A stretch of 64,000 bases of DNA from Phyllosticta citribraziliensis (taxonomy: Eukaryota), in the NCBI RefSeq assembly GCF_038025025.1, contig NW_027117348.1, positions 992,001 to 1,056,000 of the forward strand, written 5' to 3'. Shown in pieces: positions 1 through 11,715 of the stretch. The stretch's first letter is position 1, and each line of letters starts with the position of its first letter. The position numbers and the translations under genes are program-made. Under the pieces are notes generated by a model that saw nothing but the letters and a program-made list of their open reading frames with translations, was not told the origin of the DNA and did no database searches.

Positions 1-1
1 T

Positions 2-226
2 TCCGCCAACAGCGGCAGCAGCTCCTTCAGCTTCGCGGCGCCGGGCACGCCGAGCCGCCGGGGCAGGGGCGGCAGGGGCGGCGGCGGCTTCAGCGTCGGC
101 ACCGTCGTCGAAGAGCGGCGCGTCGCTGGCTGCGTTGCGCCGAGGGAGTTGAGGGAGGCGTTGGCGGCGGGTGGGCCTGGTGTGGGCGTTTTGATGCGTC
201 TGCTTGAGGGCGAGGCGTTGGTGTAG
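2..226 (+). CDS. 3' end of an unknown protein-coding gene entering from the left edge
   Basis: Frame 2 is open from the window edge to TAG at 224-226 (...VVEERRVAGCVAPRELREALAAGGPGVGVLMRLLEGEALV*), with GC-rich coding-like codon use, followed by low-complexity 3'UTR-like sequence. Confidence 0.5.
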   Translation, partial: SANSGSSSFSFAAPGTPSRRGRGGRGGGGFSVGTVVEERRVAGCVAPRELREALAAGGPGVGVLMRLLEGEALV

Positions 227-610
227 ACCGCGGTGTATCAAGGTCGAGTCGAGTCTGCGGTCTCTCTCACGTACATGTTGTACAGCACAGCTCTCACTTT
301 CTTTCCTGCTTCTTTTTCTCTTTTATTCCCCGCCGCTGTTTTGGCGTAGCATCTGCTTTCGATTCGATTAGATGGATGGATAGACCCATCTCGTTCTGCA
401 CCTGTTGTACTTTTTCCACCTTCTCTCCCAGTTTTCTCGCCTCTCTCTTTTTTTATCCAGCATTGAGCGCGGCGGCAATTGTGTAGCATCCAGGCTGGCA
501 TGGCACACTCTGTAGATTTGTCTCCCTCCTTTAGAACAGCACAGCGTGGCATAGCGTAGCGTGGCATGGCGGCGACACAAGAAAGCATGATTTGACTTTC
601 ATCCTGATGT

Positions 611-753
611 GCTGTGCATGGTGCGGTGTGAGGTCATGGCTGATCGCCCGAGAGGTGGATTGATATTGCTTTCTACTCTGCTCTGCATCGTGCGATGTGA
701 GAGAGTGGCGGAGTCCCCAAGAAGTGGATTGATATTGCTTTCTATTCCGCTCT
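611..753. repeat. Imperfect 69-bp tandem duplication (2 copies)
   Basis: GTGGATTGATATTGCTTTCTA occurs at 655 and 724; the flanks also align (gctgtgcatggtgcggtgtgag at 611 vs gctctgcatcgtgcgatgtgag at 680). Confidence 0.85.
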
Positions 754-910
754 CCTTTTGTCTCGTGGCACGCTCCCAAGCGGCCACATATCCGGCCTCT
801 TTCCACCGACCTTGTCGTATTTTACAGAGATGGAAAGGTGCGTTGGCGCAACATTTCTTACCTACAACCCTGGACCGTCTGCCTGTCCAGTCGACTCGCA
901 CCGCCACTCC

Positions 911-2117
911 TTAAAACCTGCGCTGCTGCTGCTGATTTTGTTGACTGGTGGTCTGGAACCACGTATCCGCCTTGCCTGTGACAATCTTCGGCGCAGTTTC
1001 AAAGACGGTAGCCCAGTTGACATGATCCCACCACTGCGCCAGGTACTTTGCCTTGCCGGTGATGCCGTGCGTCGGCAGCCAGGCGTGCTCCCACGTGCTG
1101 ACGCACAAGACGGGCGTGACGTCGGCGCCGCCGGGCGCGCGCGTGGCCTGCTTCTTGCCCTCGGAGCTGTACTTGCCCATGGCGCCCACCTCGTTCTGCG
1201 GCGTCGCGTGCTGCTGGCCGCCGGGCACCTGGTTCGCCTTTGCCTCTTGCCCTGCGGCCTGCACGTCGGCGGCCGTGTCAATGTTCTCGGTCGTCATGTT
1301 GACCGACTGCCGGCGCCAGTGCGCGTCCGAAAGGGGCGAGCCCGCCAGGTACGTTGCCAGTATCTTCCACTCGGGCGGGCGGCCGTTGCTGGGTCGGTGC
1401 CATACTAGCCAGACGTATCCGGGGCCGAACATGTGGAAGGCCGTGGCCAGCATTTCTCGCCGCAGGCCGTCGACGCTGCCAAAGGATGCCGTGATGGTTT
1501 TGGTGAGCTCTTCGGGGATTTCGACTTTTGCGGTGGGGCTCTGCCGAGGGGAGTAGGTCAGTCTGGCGTTTGTCTCCCAGTGTGCATGCCGACCCGGCTG
1601 TCTCGGGGGCTTGGACGTACAAGCTTCGAGAAGAAGAAGTGGTTGTTGAACATGGCCGAGGCGAAGTTGAAGACGGCCGCATCGGCCGGGTTGCGCGCGG
1701 CCAGGACGGTGATGGCCTGCGCATCCTTGTTGTCGAACTGTGCCTTGCCTTGTGCGATTGATCGTTACTACCCACGCTTTGCCAACCTCCAGTGCTGCAT
1801 CATCGGCGCGTACCTGTTATCAACTTGTTGAGCCGGCCCGCCATGTGTTGCATGTTCTCCGTGTAGGCAGTCTGGAACCCCTTGGCCGACATGAATATCC
1901 CATCCTCCCCAATGCCATTCGCGACGAATTGATTGTGGACGTTGGTGAGCTTGGCCACCTCGACAATGTGGCGGCGCTGCGAGACGTGCGAGATGCGCTG
2001 CTGGTGGCGGGTTAGCGAACAGACTGGGGAGTCAATTGGACGGCAGGGGAGGCTGACGGAGCATCGCGCAGCAGCGCGCAGCGGCGGCTGTTGGCGTGCG
2101 AGTCGGGCGAGTATCAT
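911..2117 (-). CDS. RSM26: Fe/Mn-SOD-like mitochondrial small-subunit ribosomal protein (mS42/Rsm26 type; mS43/Mrp1 not excluded), 2 introns
   Basis: Arg-rich presequence MILARLARQQ..., then FNFASAMFNNHFFF, SFGSVDGLRREM..FGPGYVWLV, ILATYLAGSP, LCVSTWEHAWL, YLAQWWDHVNW. This is a SOD fold with a degenerate DxWEH motif. GT..AG introns at ~1749-1813 and ~1562-1620. Confidence 0.75.
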
Positions 2118-2760
2118 GGCTGGAGTGATGGATATGGGCTGGAGCTGGAGCCGAAATCTTGAGCGGAATGATGCACCTAGCGGAGGGTCCGTGCGCCTGT
2201 CGTCGGCGACGGGACGGAGAGGTCGACGGCGACGGGACGCGCTCGTCCAACCGACAAGACGACCCTCTTCCTCCAGTTTCACACGCATGTCCCAGCGCCC
2301 AAGCAGAGCCACCCGCCGTCAAAGACTCATTGTCTGCCACGCCTGCGCCTGATGTCTGCTGGCCTCATGATGCGCCTCGATCGTCTCGCGCTGAGACTCT
2401 CTCGCCCGTTGACGCCTCCCTGCTGTCTTGCCCCATCGGATGAGGCTGCCAGCATGCGCTTCCCACGTTCATGACACAGTCAATGGTTTGATGCTTTCTT
2501 TATAATGGCTCTGATGATCCTGCTGCTTGGTTGCCGTTGTACCCCCACGTCATTTGACTGTCTAGATTCTTTTTATATTGTACCCACTGCTTTGCTGCAC
2601 TTAAGCGCCCATCACGTGGCGTCAACTTACCTTCCGCTGTCTCGACGACTACCTCTGCATACCTCTCGCACAAATTTCCAAGCGTGAATTCGATTCTCTC
2701 CTCTTGTGTTGTCCTCTCCTCGAGTCCTACCATCCCTTACCGCAGACGACCGACCATCGC

Positions 2761-4344
2761 ATGGCGCCCTCCCCCAGTCTCCAGAAGCTATCGCTAGTCT
2801 GCTTGGCCACTGCAACCGTCCCAGCGGCTAACGCCCTCACCGTGGCCATTGATGCTGCGTATCAAGTCGGCTTGCTACGAAGAGCAGACACCGAGACGTG
2901 CGGTGGAGACAATTCGCTCTCGCAGTGCGGGAGCAAATTCCCCGACAGCTTTTGCTGCCCGGCAAAGACACACTGTTTGGGATTCCAGGATGACGAGGGC
3001 TCCAAGGGGACCTCGACGACGGTGATATGTTGCCCGGAAGGACAAGATTGCAATCTCATCCGCCCCATCACCTGCGATATCTCGCAGCAGAACGCCTCTC
3101 TTCACCCTCCCAATGCGGTCCACACAACCAACCTCACGGCTACTCTGACGGAGTGTGGCTCCAAATGCTGTCCATTTGGCTACGAGTGCAACAACAACCA
3201 ACTGTGCGCCATTGCAGACACTAGCTCGAGTTCATCCGGCCAAACCAGCTCAGCGTCCGCCTCTGCTACCGCGACGGCCACTTTGTCCGTACCAAATCCC
3301 AGTGGCACCACAAGTCCAGTATCATCCGTGGCAGCATCTGCAACAGCATCCGCGGCAGCATCTACTTCAGCTGTGCCCGCACCTTCATCTTCAGGAAAGG
3401 GAGAGAAACACTCAAATACGGGTGCCATTGCTGGTGGTGTGGTTGGTGGCGTTGCGGCATTAGTTCTGTTGGTGCTTTTTGCCATGTGGTGTGCTAAAAG
3501 AAGGGGAACGCCCAAAAAGCCACGATACAGCGGGGACTTTGGACCAGTCTCGCGCACAGTGAGCGACCCCATCTATCACCCTCAGATGAGCTCCAGAACC
3601 GAGTTTCTGCGCCGCGATGCTGGCAGCTCCGGCAATGCGAGCATCGACCAGACGCTGCTTGGATCTCCTTTTTCGCCAAAGAGCAAAAGTCCCCTAGACC
3701 GCAATAATACCGTCACTTCAAACACATCTTACGCCTATGGCTACACTCGGCCCAATCCCTCGCCCAAGAAATCCTACGGCAGTCTTCTCCGTGGACCGGG
3801 TGGCGGAATGGCAGCATCAAATCCAGCCCGAGCAGCTCAAGCGCGTCATTACGCCCCCAGCGACATACAAACGACGACTACCAGCAACCCGTTCACCATT
3901 GGCCAGGCCACCGACGACAGTTCCTCCGTTTACACGCCGACACCGTTGCCTCGAAGCATGCGGGTAAGCACCAAAGGCAAAGAACCAGCGCGGGCCAACA
4001 CGACGACAGTCGGGCGCAAGCCGCTCAACCCAACACGGATCCTGAACCCGACTAACGGGCAGCCCGGAAACGACCCGTCATACTATTCTGGCCATCCAAA
4101 GGCGGGTTCCACCGAGACGATTGACGTGCTCATGCCGGGGAACAGCCACCTTGCGCCGCCCCCGCGGCTTGTAGGTCGGTCTGGGGCGGGAGGTGACGGG
4201 CGGATCATGACGTCCAACACGACGTTTTCGGGCTTGATGGCGAATGCTGGGTTTGGGCGAAACTCCCAAGAAAACGTGCGCTCGGCCAGTCGAGAAGACG
4301 AGAGAGCGTGGGGCAAGGGCCAGCCGGGGAGCTCCTTTTTGTGA
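2761..4344 (+). CDS. Type I membrane protein: signal peptide, Cys-rich ectodomain, Ser/Thr stalk, one TM helix, disordered tail (Mid2/Wsc-like sensor architecture)
   Basis: ATG at 2761; hydrophobic N-terminus; ~13 Cys including three CCP motifs; S/T/A-rich linker; TM GAIAGGVVGGVAALVLLVLFAMWC followed by KRR. Confidence 0.8.
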   Translation: MAPSPSLQKLSLVCLATATVPAANALTVAIDAAYQVGLLRRADTETCGGDNSLSQCGSKFPDSFCCPAKTHCLGFQDDEGSKGTSTTVICCPEGQDCNLIRPITCDISQQNASLHPPNAVHTTNLTATLTECGSKCCPFGYECNNNQLCAIADTSSSSSGQTSSASASATATATLSVPNPSGTTSPVSSVAASATASAAASTSAVPAPSSSGKGEKHSNTGAIAGGVVGGVAALVLLVLFAMWCAKRRGTPKKPRYSGDFGPVSRTVSDPIYHPQMSSRTEFLRRDAGSSGNASIDQTLLGSPFSPKSKSPLDRNNTVTSNTSYAYGYTRPNPSPKKSYGSLLRGPGGGMAASNPARAAQARHYAPSDIQTTTTSNPFTIGQATDDSSSVYTPTPLPRSMRVSTKGKEPARANTTTVGRKPLNPTRILNPTNGQPGNDPSYYSGHPKAGSTETIDVLMPGNSHLAPPPRLVGRSGAGGDGRIMTSNTTFSGLMANAGFGRNSQENVRSASREDERAWGKGQPGSSFL

Positions 4345-4660
4345 ATGCGATGGCCAGTCTCGGAAAACGATCTTTACAGTCCCTTTTGAAGTATTTTTAG
4401 CCAGGAGTTGGGGACACGGGCATATGTGGGCGTGGACGATCGTTTATTGGCGTCTCTATTGTCTGGTACGATAGTTTGGAGGCTCTCTACAGCTTCATCC
4501 TCTCCTAGTCTTTGTAATTCTCTAGCATGATATATGAATTGATGCCCGAAGCAATGTGCTGGCGATTGCAACGCCGATTTCTGCTTTCTCCATGCAGGTC
4601 TCCCCGTCTAGTGCTTTGACTCGCCCTTATTCGACAAAACTCCATGTCCCCATCCACTAT

Positions 4661-5464
4661 TTATGCGTCTATCTCCTTGCTTGCTTTGGGAGGACCCAAA
4701 AGCTTTGCAACCCTCTGCTCAAACGCCTCGATCATTTTCCCTGCCACTTTGGGCGTCACAGCTGCGCTCATTGCACTGTACAGCGGGTTGGCAAACGCAA
4801 ACTCGATCGAGAGGGTGACCTTGGTCTGACTGCTCGCGACCTGTCTTTCCGCGGCCTCTGCGCCCTCCAGCGCTTCCGCCAAAGGCGTGACGGTCCAGCG
4901 AGTATTCAACGACGTCAAAAGGCGCGCCTCGTCCCCGTCCGCTCCCTTGCCCTCAAGCGGCGGCTCAGCCTCCCCAGCCATAAGGTGATGGCGAATCAAG
5001 TCCTTGTCGAGAGTGGTCTGCGAGTTGCCGCTGACGGCCTCGACGATGCGCTCGGGGACGCAGTAGACGCGGCTGTGGAAGCTCTCGCTGATGCCCTGCC
5101 AGCCGACGACGAGCGTGGCCTGGTGCGGCCACTGCTTGCGCAGCGCGGCGTCGGGCGCGGACCACTGCGTCACGGTGCTGGCGCTGCAGAAGGGCAGGAA
5201 CGAGCTGTAGGACGACACGTCGGCGATGATGGCGTAGATAGGGCCCGGCGCGTAGGGCAGCGTGCGCGTTGCGCTGTACGTTTGCGGTGCGGTGGAGGAC
5301 GAGGATGCGCCGAAGGGGTTGAGGTCCGGGAGGAAAGTCCGCCGTGCTTGTGGCTGTCTTGCGGTTTGAAGGTGTGGCACAATTGTGCGAGCGTTGAGGT
5401 GGTGCGCGAGGGTTGGGCGCAGTGCTGATTGCAGCAGCGGAGTCGACTTTTGGAGGACCTTCAT
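4661..5464 (-). CDS. COQ10: Coenzyme Q-binding protein COQ10 (START/polyketide-cyclase fold), mitochondrial
   Basis: TYSATRTLPY..IYAIIADVSSYSSFLPFC, ESFHSRV, IEFAFANPLY, MIEAFEQR motifs; basic presequence; single ORF. Confidence 0.9.
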   Translation of the reverse strand: MKVLQKSTPLLQSALRPTLAHHLNARTIVPHLQTARQPQARRTFLPDLNPFGASSSSTAPQTYSATRTLPYAPGPIYAIIADVSSYSSFLPFCSASTVTQWSAPDAALRKQWPHQATLVVGWQGISESFHSRVYCVPERIVEAVSGNSQTTLDKDLIRHHLMAGEAEPPLEGKGADGDEARLLTSLNTRWTVTPLAEALEGAEAAERQVASSQTKVTLSIEFAFANPLYSAMSAAVTPKVAGKMIEAFEQRVAKLLGPPKASKEIDA

Positions 5465-5772
5465 GGCTGGAGAGACGTCGTCGTTGGAGTTCTATGGGAG
5501 ATGCCAATTGAACGGTGGGAGAGAGAGGGACAGCGTCGTCAGCTATTCTTCATGTTGGTTTCGCAGTTGTTGAGAGTTGAGAGAGGATGCAGCGGGAGCG
5601 TCCAATCGCAGGGTAGGGAATGGAAGTGGTTTTGATGATGCACACGACAACCTCGTCGGTTCGTAGCGCGCCTCGTGCAATCGATAAGGGCTGGAGATTT
5701 TCCAACTTCCCCAGACCCTGTTGATTATTTTCTACACCACTTTTCTACATCTAACCCAATCAACCCCCAAAC

Positions 5773-7128
5773 ATGTCTGACGCCTCGGAGCAAGCCCAAG
5801 ACTCGCAGGGCAAGACGCCCCGCAATCAGCTCTCCAAGGGCATGGAGCACATCCGCTACGCCGTCACCGTGGACCCAGCAACCCAACAGCCCTCGACATA
5901 CGGCGTCCCGGGCTCGATCCAACCCGTCCGCAAGCCGGCATCCGCACGCTCGCACGACCCGACCAACAACGAAAAGCGCAGCGACCCGTTCCAGTTCGGG
6001 TCGCGGTACCTGGAGGAAGGCGACAACATCTTCGAGTTCAACGCGTGGGACCACGTCGAGACGGACGACACGTACAAAGAGTTTGCGTCGCTGCAGTACG
6101 CGAACCAGCGCGAGCACCCCGTGTCCGACTTCGACAAGACGCGCTTCAACAAGGATCCGGCCAAGTGGTGGAACCTCTTCTACAAGAACAACACCAACAA
6201 CTTCTTCAAGAACCGCAAGTGGCTGTTCCAGGAGTTTCCCGTCCTCAAGGCCCTGACGACCGCCGACGCGAAGCCCGCCCTCGTCTTGGAGGTCGGCGCT
6301 GGCGCTGGCAACACGGCGTTCCCTGTCCTTCAGCTCAACGAGAACCCCAATTTCAAGATCCACGCGTGCGATTTTTCGAAAAAGGCCGTCGAGGTCATCC
6401 GCAGTAATGAGGCATATGACGACGGCAAGACAATCCAGGCCGACGTGTGGGACGTTGCGGGCGAGGGCGATCAGAGCCTGCCGCCGGGCATCGAAGAGGG
6501 CAGCGTAGACCTGGTCATGATGATCTTCATCTTTTCCGCGCTGGCGCCGTCGCAGTGGGCGCAGGCCGTCCGGAACATTTACCGCGTGCTGAAGCCCGGC
6601 GGCAAAGTGTGCTTCCGCGACTACGGCCGCGGCGACTTGGCCCAGGTGCGGTTCAAAAAGGGGCGGTACCTGGAAGAGAACTTTTACGTCCGAGGCGACG
6701 GCACGCGCGTGTACTTTTTCGAAAAGGAGGAGCTGGAGAGGATATGGGGCGGTGGCCTCACCACCACGGCAGCAGCAGCAACGCCAGAGAGCCGCTCCGA
6801 CGGCGTCGAGGGGAAGACAGACGACCAAACGACCACGCCGGAAGACGTCGCCGCCAAGTTGGACGCAGTCGACCTCGACGAGACCGAAACCTGCAAGACA
6901 GACTACACTCACGAATCCGCGGCCGACGTGCCCACCTTTGAGATCGAGTCCATCGGCGTCGACCGCCGCATGCTGGTCAACCGCCAGCGCCGCCTGAAAA
7001 TGTACCGCTGCTGGATGCAGGCCGTCTTCCGCAAGGCGGGCGGAGACCGCTCGGGAGAGGAGGAGCCGCACGCAGAAACACCAGCCGAGTCGGCAACCCA
7101 CGGGGAGGAGCAGAAGCCAACTTCGTGA
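5773..7128 (+). CDS. TRM140: tRNA m3C32 methyltransferase (Trm140/Abp140, METTL2/6 family)
   Basis: FGSRYL..FEFNAWDHV, FFKNRKWLFQEFP, LEVGAGAGNT (SAM motif I), HACDFS, FRDYGRGDLAQVRFKKGRYLEENFYVRGDGTRVYFF, VDRRMLVNR..MYRCWMQ. Confidence 0.95.
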   Translation: MSDASEQAQDSQGKTPRNQLSKGMEHIRYAVTVDPATQQPSTYGVPGSIQPVRKPASARSHDPTNNEKRSDPFQFGSRYLEEGDNIFEFNAWDHVETDDTYKEFASLQYANQREHPVSDFDKTRFNKDPAKWWNLFYKNNTNNFFKNRKWLFQEFPVLKALTTADAKPALVLEVGAGAGNTAFPVLQLNENPNFKIHACDFSKKAVEVIRSNEAYDDGKTIQADVWDVAGEGDQSLPPGIEEGSVDLVMMIFIFSALAPSQWAQAVRNIYRVLKPGGKVCFRDYGRGDLAQVRFKKGRYLEENFYVRGDGTRVYFFEKEELERIWGGGLTTTAAAATPESRSDGVEGKTDDQTTTPEDVAAKLDAVDLDETETCKTDYTHESAADVPTFEIESIGVDRRMLVNRQRRLKMYRCWMQAVFRKAGGDRSGEEEPHAETPAESATHGEEQKPTS

Positions 7129-7865
7129 TGCTCGTCTTGAAAAACGTCATGCTCGTTTGCCAGTTTTGCACATGTAGACTGAGGATGTCGGGTTTTGGCA
7201 TCGCATCGCATTGTGCGTCTTGATATACCCTGTTTTTGAAAACTCGATGCATTGCATTAGAAGATATGTCTGGCCTGGGACGCATTGGAATATACGTTGA
7301 GGAAGGCCAGAGTGTGCAAAGCCTTGGGGGACTCGAAGCACAGCCGGACTCTCCATCGAGACATCTTTCGTGGCCGTCTCGTCTCCCACGGCACGGTCGA
7401 GCTCACTGATGTTGGTCAAATACTCGAACGACCAAAGCTGTAGGTCTCTTTCGGGCATGTGCTTTCTCAGTGAGGTCGGAGAAGGACGCGAGTACGCTTT
7501 GAATCTGCGCCGTTTGGTCCCGAATGAGAGGGAAATACTGAAGTGTCTGTCTATATGGATGCTTTTTGGTTCTATAGATTTAGATCTATTGGTGGATGAA
7601 TGTTTCGAGCGGGAGGAAAGGCCTGGTGCACGAGTTCAGACTCCCAGAATTTGTAGGGGTTGACGGTTGACTCCCCGATATCCTCTAGGGAGGTTCTCAT
7701 GCCTTTTGCTACTTGCTTGCACACCCTTTTTGGGACTCGATGTAATTGATTGCTCCCCATCTGTCGACTGACGTACCATTATCCTGAACTCATTCAATCA
7801 ATCCTTGCCATGCCATCAAAACCTCTATTCATAAAATACGCTCACCACGCCGCTCCACCACTCCC

Positions 7866-9640
7866 TTACGCCGCAGCCTTCGCCCTCGTCTCAATCGGCA
7901 ACACAACCCACACAGCGCCAGCGACAACCCACAACGCCGCCGCAATCCAAACGGGAACCGCACTCGCCGCCGTCGTAAACGCCGCCACAATCGCAGCAAC
8001 GAGGCCAAACAGGCGGAACGCACACCCGGCAAGCCCCAACGCGGTGCCCCTGACCGGCGCGGCAAACGCCTCGGCCGTGTACGCGAAGAGCAGGCTGACA
8101 GCGGCGTTTTGGAAGAAGGCGGCGACGCAGCTGAACGCGATGACGCCGGCGAGCGAGCGCGCAGCGCCGGCGTAGGCGAACAGGAAGACGGCCGCGCCGA
8201 CGCAGGACAGCGCGGCGACGCGACGGCGGCCGAGCTGCGGCGCATCGATGGCGAGGCCGGCGGCCAGCGGGCCCGGCAGCGCGGCCAGCGCGCGGAACAT
8301 GTAGATCTTGTAGGTCCAGGGGTTGGCGGCGGCGTAGTCCTGGGCGACGGTGAGGGCGCGCGCGGCCGAGAGGTAGCGCGCGATAAAGGCTTCGAAGAGC
8401 GGGAGGGACAGGCCGAGGGCAGCCCAGATGATGACGAGGAGGGCTGTGGTGCGGCGGGCTGCGTGCGTGGGCGAGAGCAGCGATTTGATCCAGGTGGGCG
8501 TGAAGGCGTGCAGGGACTGCTGCAGCGCGACGAAGCCGCCCGTCTCGGGCACCTCGGGCGCGCTGTCTTCGAGGTCTTCTTCGATCTTGCGGAGGTGCGT
8601 CACGCTGAGCCATGTGCGCTTGCTGCTGTAGACGGCGAGGCTGCGGACTGTCTTGACGACCTCGGCGTCTCGCCCCTGTGCGAGCAGGTACTTGGGCGTT
8701 TCGTGGAGGTGGAAGCAGAAGCGGAGGAGGCAGAGGAAGAGCGTTATGGTGCCGAGTGTCCACCATGAGTACCGCCAGCCCATGTTCATCACGTAGTGAC
8801 AGCTGCGCTCGGTGGCGTTGGCAGGGCATGCAAACTGCGACATGAGCGGCCTGTGATGTTAGCATTCTGCCAGGGTCAATACATGAGAAAGCTTACAAGG
8901 CAAAGGCAGCGGAAAGGAGCTTTCCAAGGGCCGAAAAGATGCCTTGCATGGTGAGCAGGTACTGGTGAGATGAGGGAAGAATCTCGACGAGAATGGCTGC
9001 TCCTATTGACTGGTTCCCGCCAGCTGCAATTCCCATGAAGAAGGACACAACACAGAGACCAGAGAAAGCCGGCATGCCAGCACCGACAAGACCAGCAAAG
9101 CCCATTATGACTAGCGTGAGGTTGAAGAGGTTCTTTCTCCCAATAAAGTCGGTCATCATTGGTAGGACGAGCGAGCCAATGGTGAGGCCGACGTACTGAC
9201 TAACGGCCAGATATGTGTTGTGCTCAGCATAGAATGTGGCCTCATGCTTGATTGCTGGTTGGATAAATTCAAAGGACGTCATCCAGAACTGTCTGGCGTT
9301 CAGCAACCGAAGAGCAATCTACCGAAAGGGGTTGGCATACGCTGTCGAGGAACCATCCCAGTCCGGTGACGAGAGTGAGGCACCATTGGTACCTACCCAT
9401 TCCAATGTCCATAAGCGCTTCATTGAGGAGCTGGGATTTGGCGTTGTAGACGGCGTTTCCGCCAGGCAGGGCGGTTCCCGTCTCCATTGCCGAGCCGTAA
9501 ATGTTTCTGTACTGCTCATTCGGCCTCTCCACGCTGGAAGTCTCGACGTGAGTGTCGGTCAAAACACTCGGCGGCCGTCCATATTCTTCTATTTCTGGAA
9601 CGGGATCCTCTCTCGGTCGATGGGGTTCTTTCTCGGACAT
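7866..9640 (-). CDS. MFS transporter, SV2/sugar-transporter-like, 2 introns
   Basis: LLNEALMDIGMGRYQW..GLGWFLDS, TDFIGRKNLFNLTL, GGNQ..EILPSSHQYLLT, NMGWRY, LHETPKYLL, LGRRR, LFAYTAEAF..VRGT; three ORF pieces joined by GT..AG introns near 9280-9340 and 8852-8896. Confidence 0.85.
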
Positions 9641-10532
9641 GGCGGAGTTTGAAATGGGCGTCTGGTGGTCCTCGGGAGCAGTACTGGGAGGCGCCGCTTA
9701 CTCCTGCGATGAATTCGAGAGAACTGAAGAGGTTCCGAGCAAGCGTCTGATCTCTTATAGCTACTCTTATCTGTCCCTCTGCATCGCGCGAGGAAATGTT
9801 TTCCACGACTTGCGCGTATACTGATGTCCGAGCTGCGGCAGAGGGTAAACCCGAGATCTCCGCTCTCATGCCATACTCTTTTCTGAATGTTGCCCGCTGT
9901 AGGTACACTTCTTCTCTGCAGAGTTTTGCCAAAGTACTGTGCGTGCTCTTCTCTTTCGGTCGGATCTGGTTCTGCGCCCGAGCCATGTCGTGCGGTCAGT
10001 TCAACCCAAAGCTCTGATTGGGGGTAGTTGGACGACCGCCGGGCACTTCCGCGGAAATGTGGACTTGATTGCATTCAAGCTGGACATATCGGTGTCTTGT
10101 GACCATGTGGACGGTTGGTTAGAAGTTCCCCTCACAATGCCGGAATCGGAGACGCTTTTGAGAGGGGAGAATCCGTGAAAGTGGGAGATCTCATCAAATT
10201 TCTTTCTTGTGTGAGCCTGCTTTCCACATATGATTCAATATCTCGTTCCGGGTCTCGCATGTCCTTTTGAGGATTTTCGACTGCGGTGAGCCTCTGGTCT
10301 TGGACGCAAACATGTCGCTCGACCTTGACGTTCTGGCTGATGACGCTACAGTTCTGGAGCGATCGATTCAATCAATCAATCGTGGAAACTTGCTGTAAGC
10401 TGCCCGAGCGCAGGTCGAAATATGCCGTGGGAATTGCGGATTCTGTTTGTTCAGGTCAAGTTGAGACTGTGGTGTTGTGAGGTGCGCCAATCAAGAAATG
10501 GGAGTTGTCATTACTCATTAACCGTCCGTGGA

Positions 10533-11560
10533 TCAAGGCCCGTGCCCTCCCGAATCCTTTCCAAACGCGTAGACCAGGCCCATGGCCGCCAGCGCCGCCG
10601 AACTCCCCACAATCACCATTTCGATGCCGCCTTTTGTGGCGCTCCACTTGTTTCTCCAGCCCAAAGAGCCGTGGACCACTACCGTCTTGCCATATCCAAA
10701 CACGAACAACGCAAACGCCATAATGCCTACAGACCAATAGAGCCCCAGCCGGACAGCATGCTCGGGCACGAAAAAGTAAGGAATCAGAGGAATGAAACCG
10801 CCAATGAAGTAACCTAGCGCAATGGTGATGGCGCAGGTGAATGCTCGGCTTGCTGGCGGCTCTGGCAGAGAGTGTTCGAATTGCATCAAAAAATCGACCA
10901 GCTTTGGCGACGTTGAAAGGTGGGCGACGACTGGGTTCGCGACCGACTCTGGAAGGTCAAACGACGACAGGATTGTTGAAAGCTTGCCATTGACCTCCTG
11001 TGGACTCTGGACGACTTCCAGCTGGACTTGGGCTTTTGTCGCCCGATAAGACTCCCTGCCGACCGTTCAGCATCCGCGACTCCAATTGTAGACAATGCAC
11101 TTACGACTCGCTTTTGGCACCAAGATATCCACCGAGGCCCATCGATATGGCTCCAGCTGTCAACTCAGCCAGACCGCCGTAGATCACCACGTCAGTCTTT
11201 CCAAGGGCCGAAAGGCCAGCCGTGAGAGCAAACGGCACCGTCAGTCCGTCGGAGAGGCCAATGATGGCGTCCGAAAGGACTCGAGCGTCGACGCGGAAGC
11301 GACTTTGACCATCGTCCTTCTCTCCATTTTGTGACAAGGGTTCAAGCTGCTTCTCGAGGTCTTCGGGCTCAATGTAGGGCGCTCTTGAAGAATCTTTGTT
11401 TTACGACCGTCAGCGATGCTCCCAGCATACGTCCTTGAGACTTACAGAATTGCTGGTACGCTGGTGGACTTGATACTGGACTTTCGACATCCACTGGCAT
11501 GTAATCTGGCGTCGTGTCCGAAGACGTGCGGAACAATTTGTTTTTCAAAAACGAGGCCAT
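10533..11560 (-). CDS. CCC1: Vacuolar iron/manganese importer, VIT1/Ccc1 (CccA) family, 2 introns
   Basis: SDAIIGLSDGLTVPFALTAGLS, GLAELTAGAISMGLGGYLGAKSE, FLMQFEH, AITIALGYFIGGFIPLIPYF; GTAAGT donors at ~11445 and ~11104. Confidence 0.92.
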
Positions 11561-11715
11561 GTTGTGAGTTGCAAAAGATCAAGAACAATTTGAACAGAGT
11601 GTGGGCGTCGAGTCTCAACCAACAGATCCATTTCTTTTAACACGCACACCCTCATTGACCTGGACTGGCCCAATGTCTGGAGCAAGAGATACGCAATGCT
11701 CGGTTGCGACGGCCA

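Noticed and set aside
5773..7128. Programmed +1 frameshift as in Saccharomyces ABP140
   Set aside because: The gene is one continuous ORF with no upstream actin-binding ORF or CTTAGGC slip site seen.
9700..10371. Possible NACHT/NLR relic (RDIESYVESRL) on the minus strand between the MFS gene and CCC1
   Set aside because: A single short motif with no P-loop or other supporting blocks; cannot be supported without tBLASTn.
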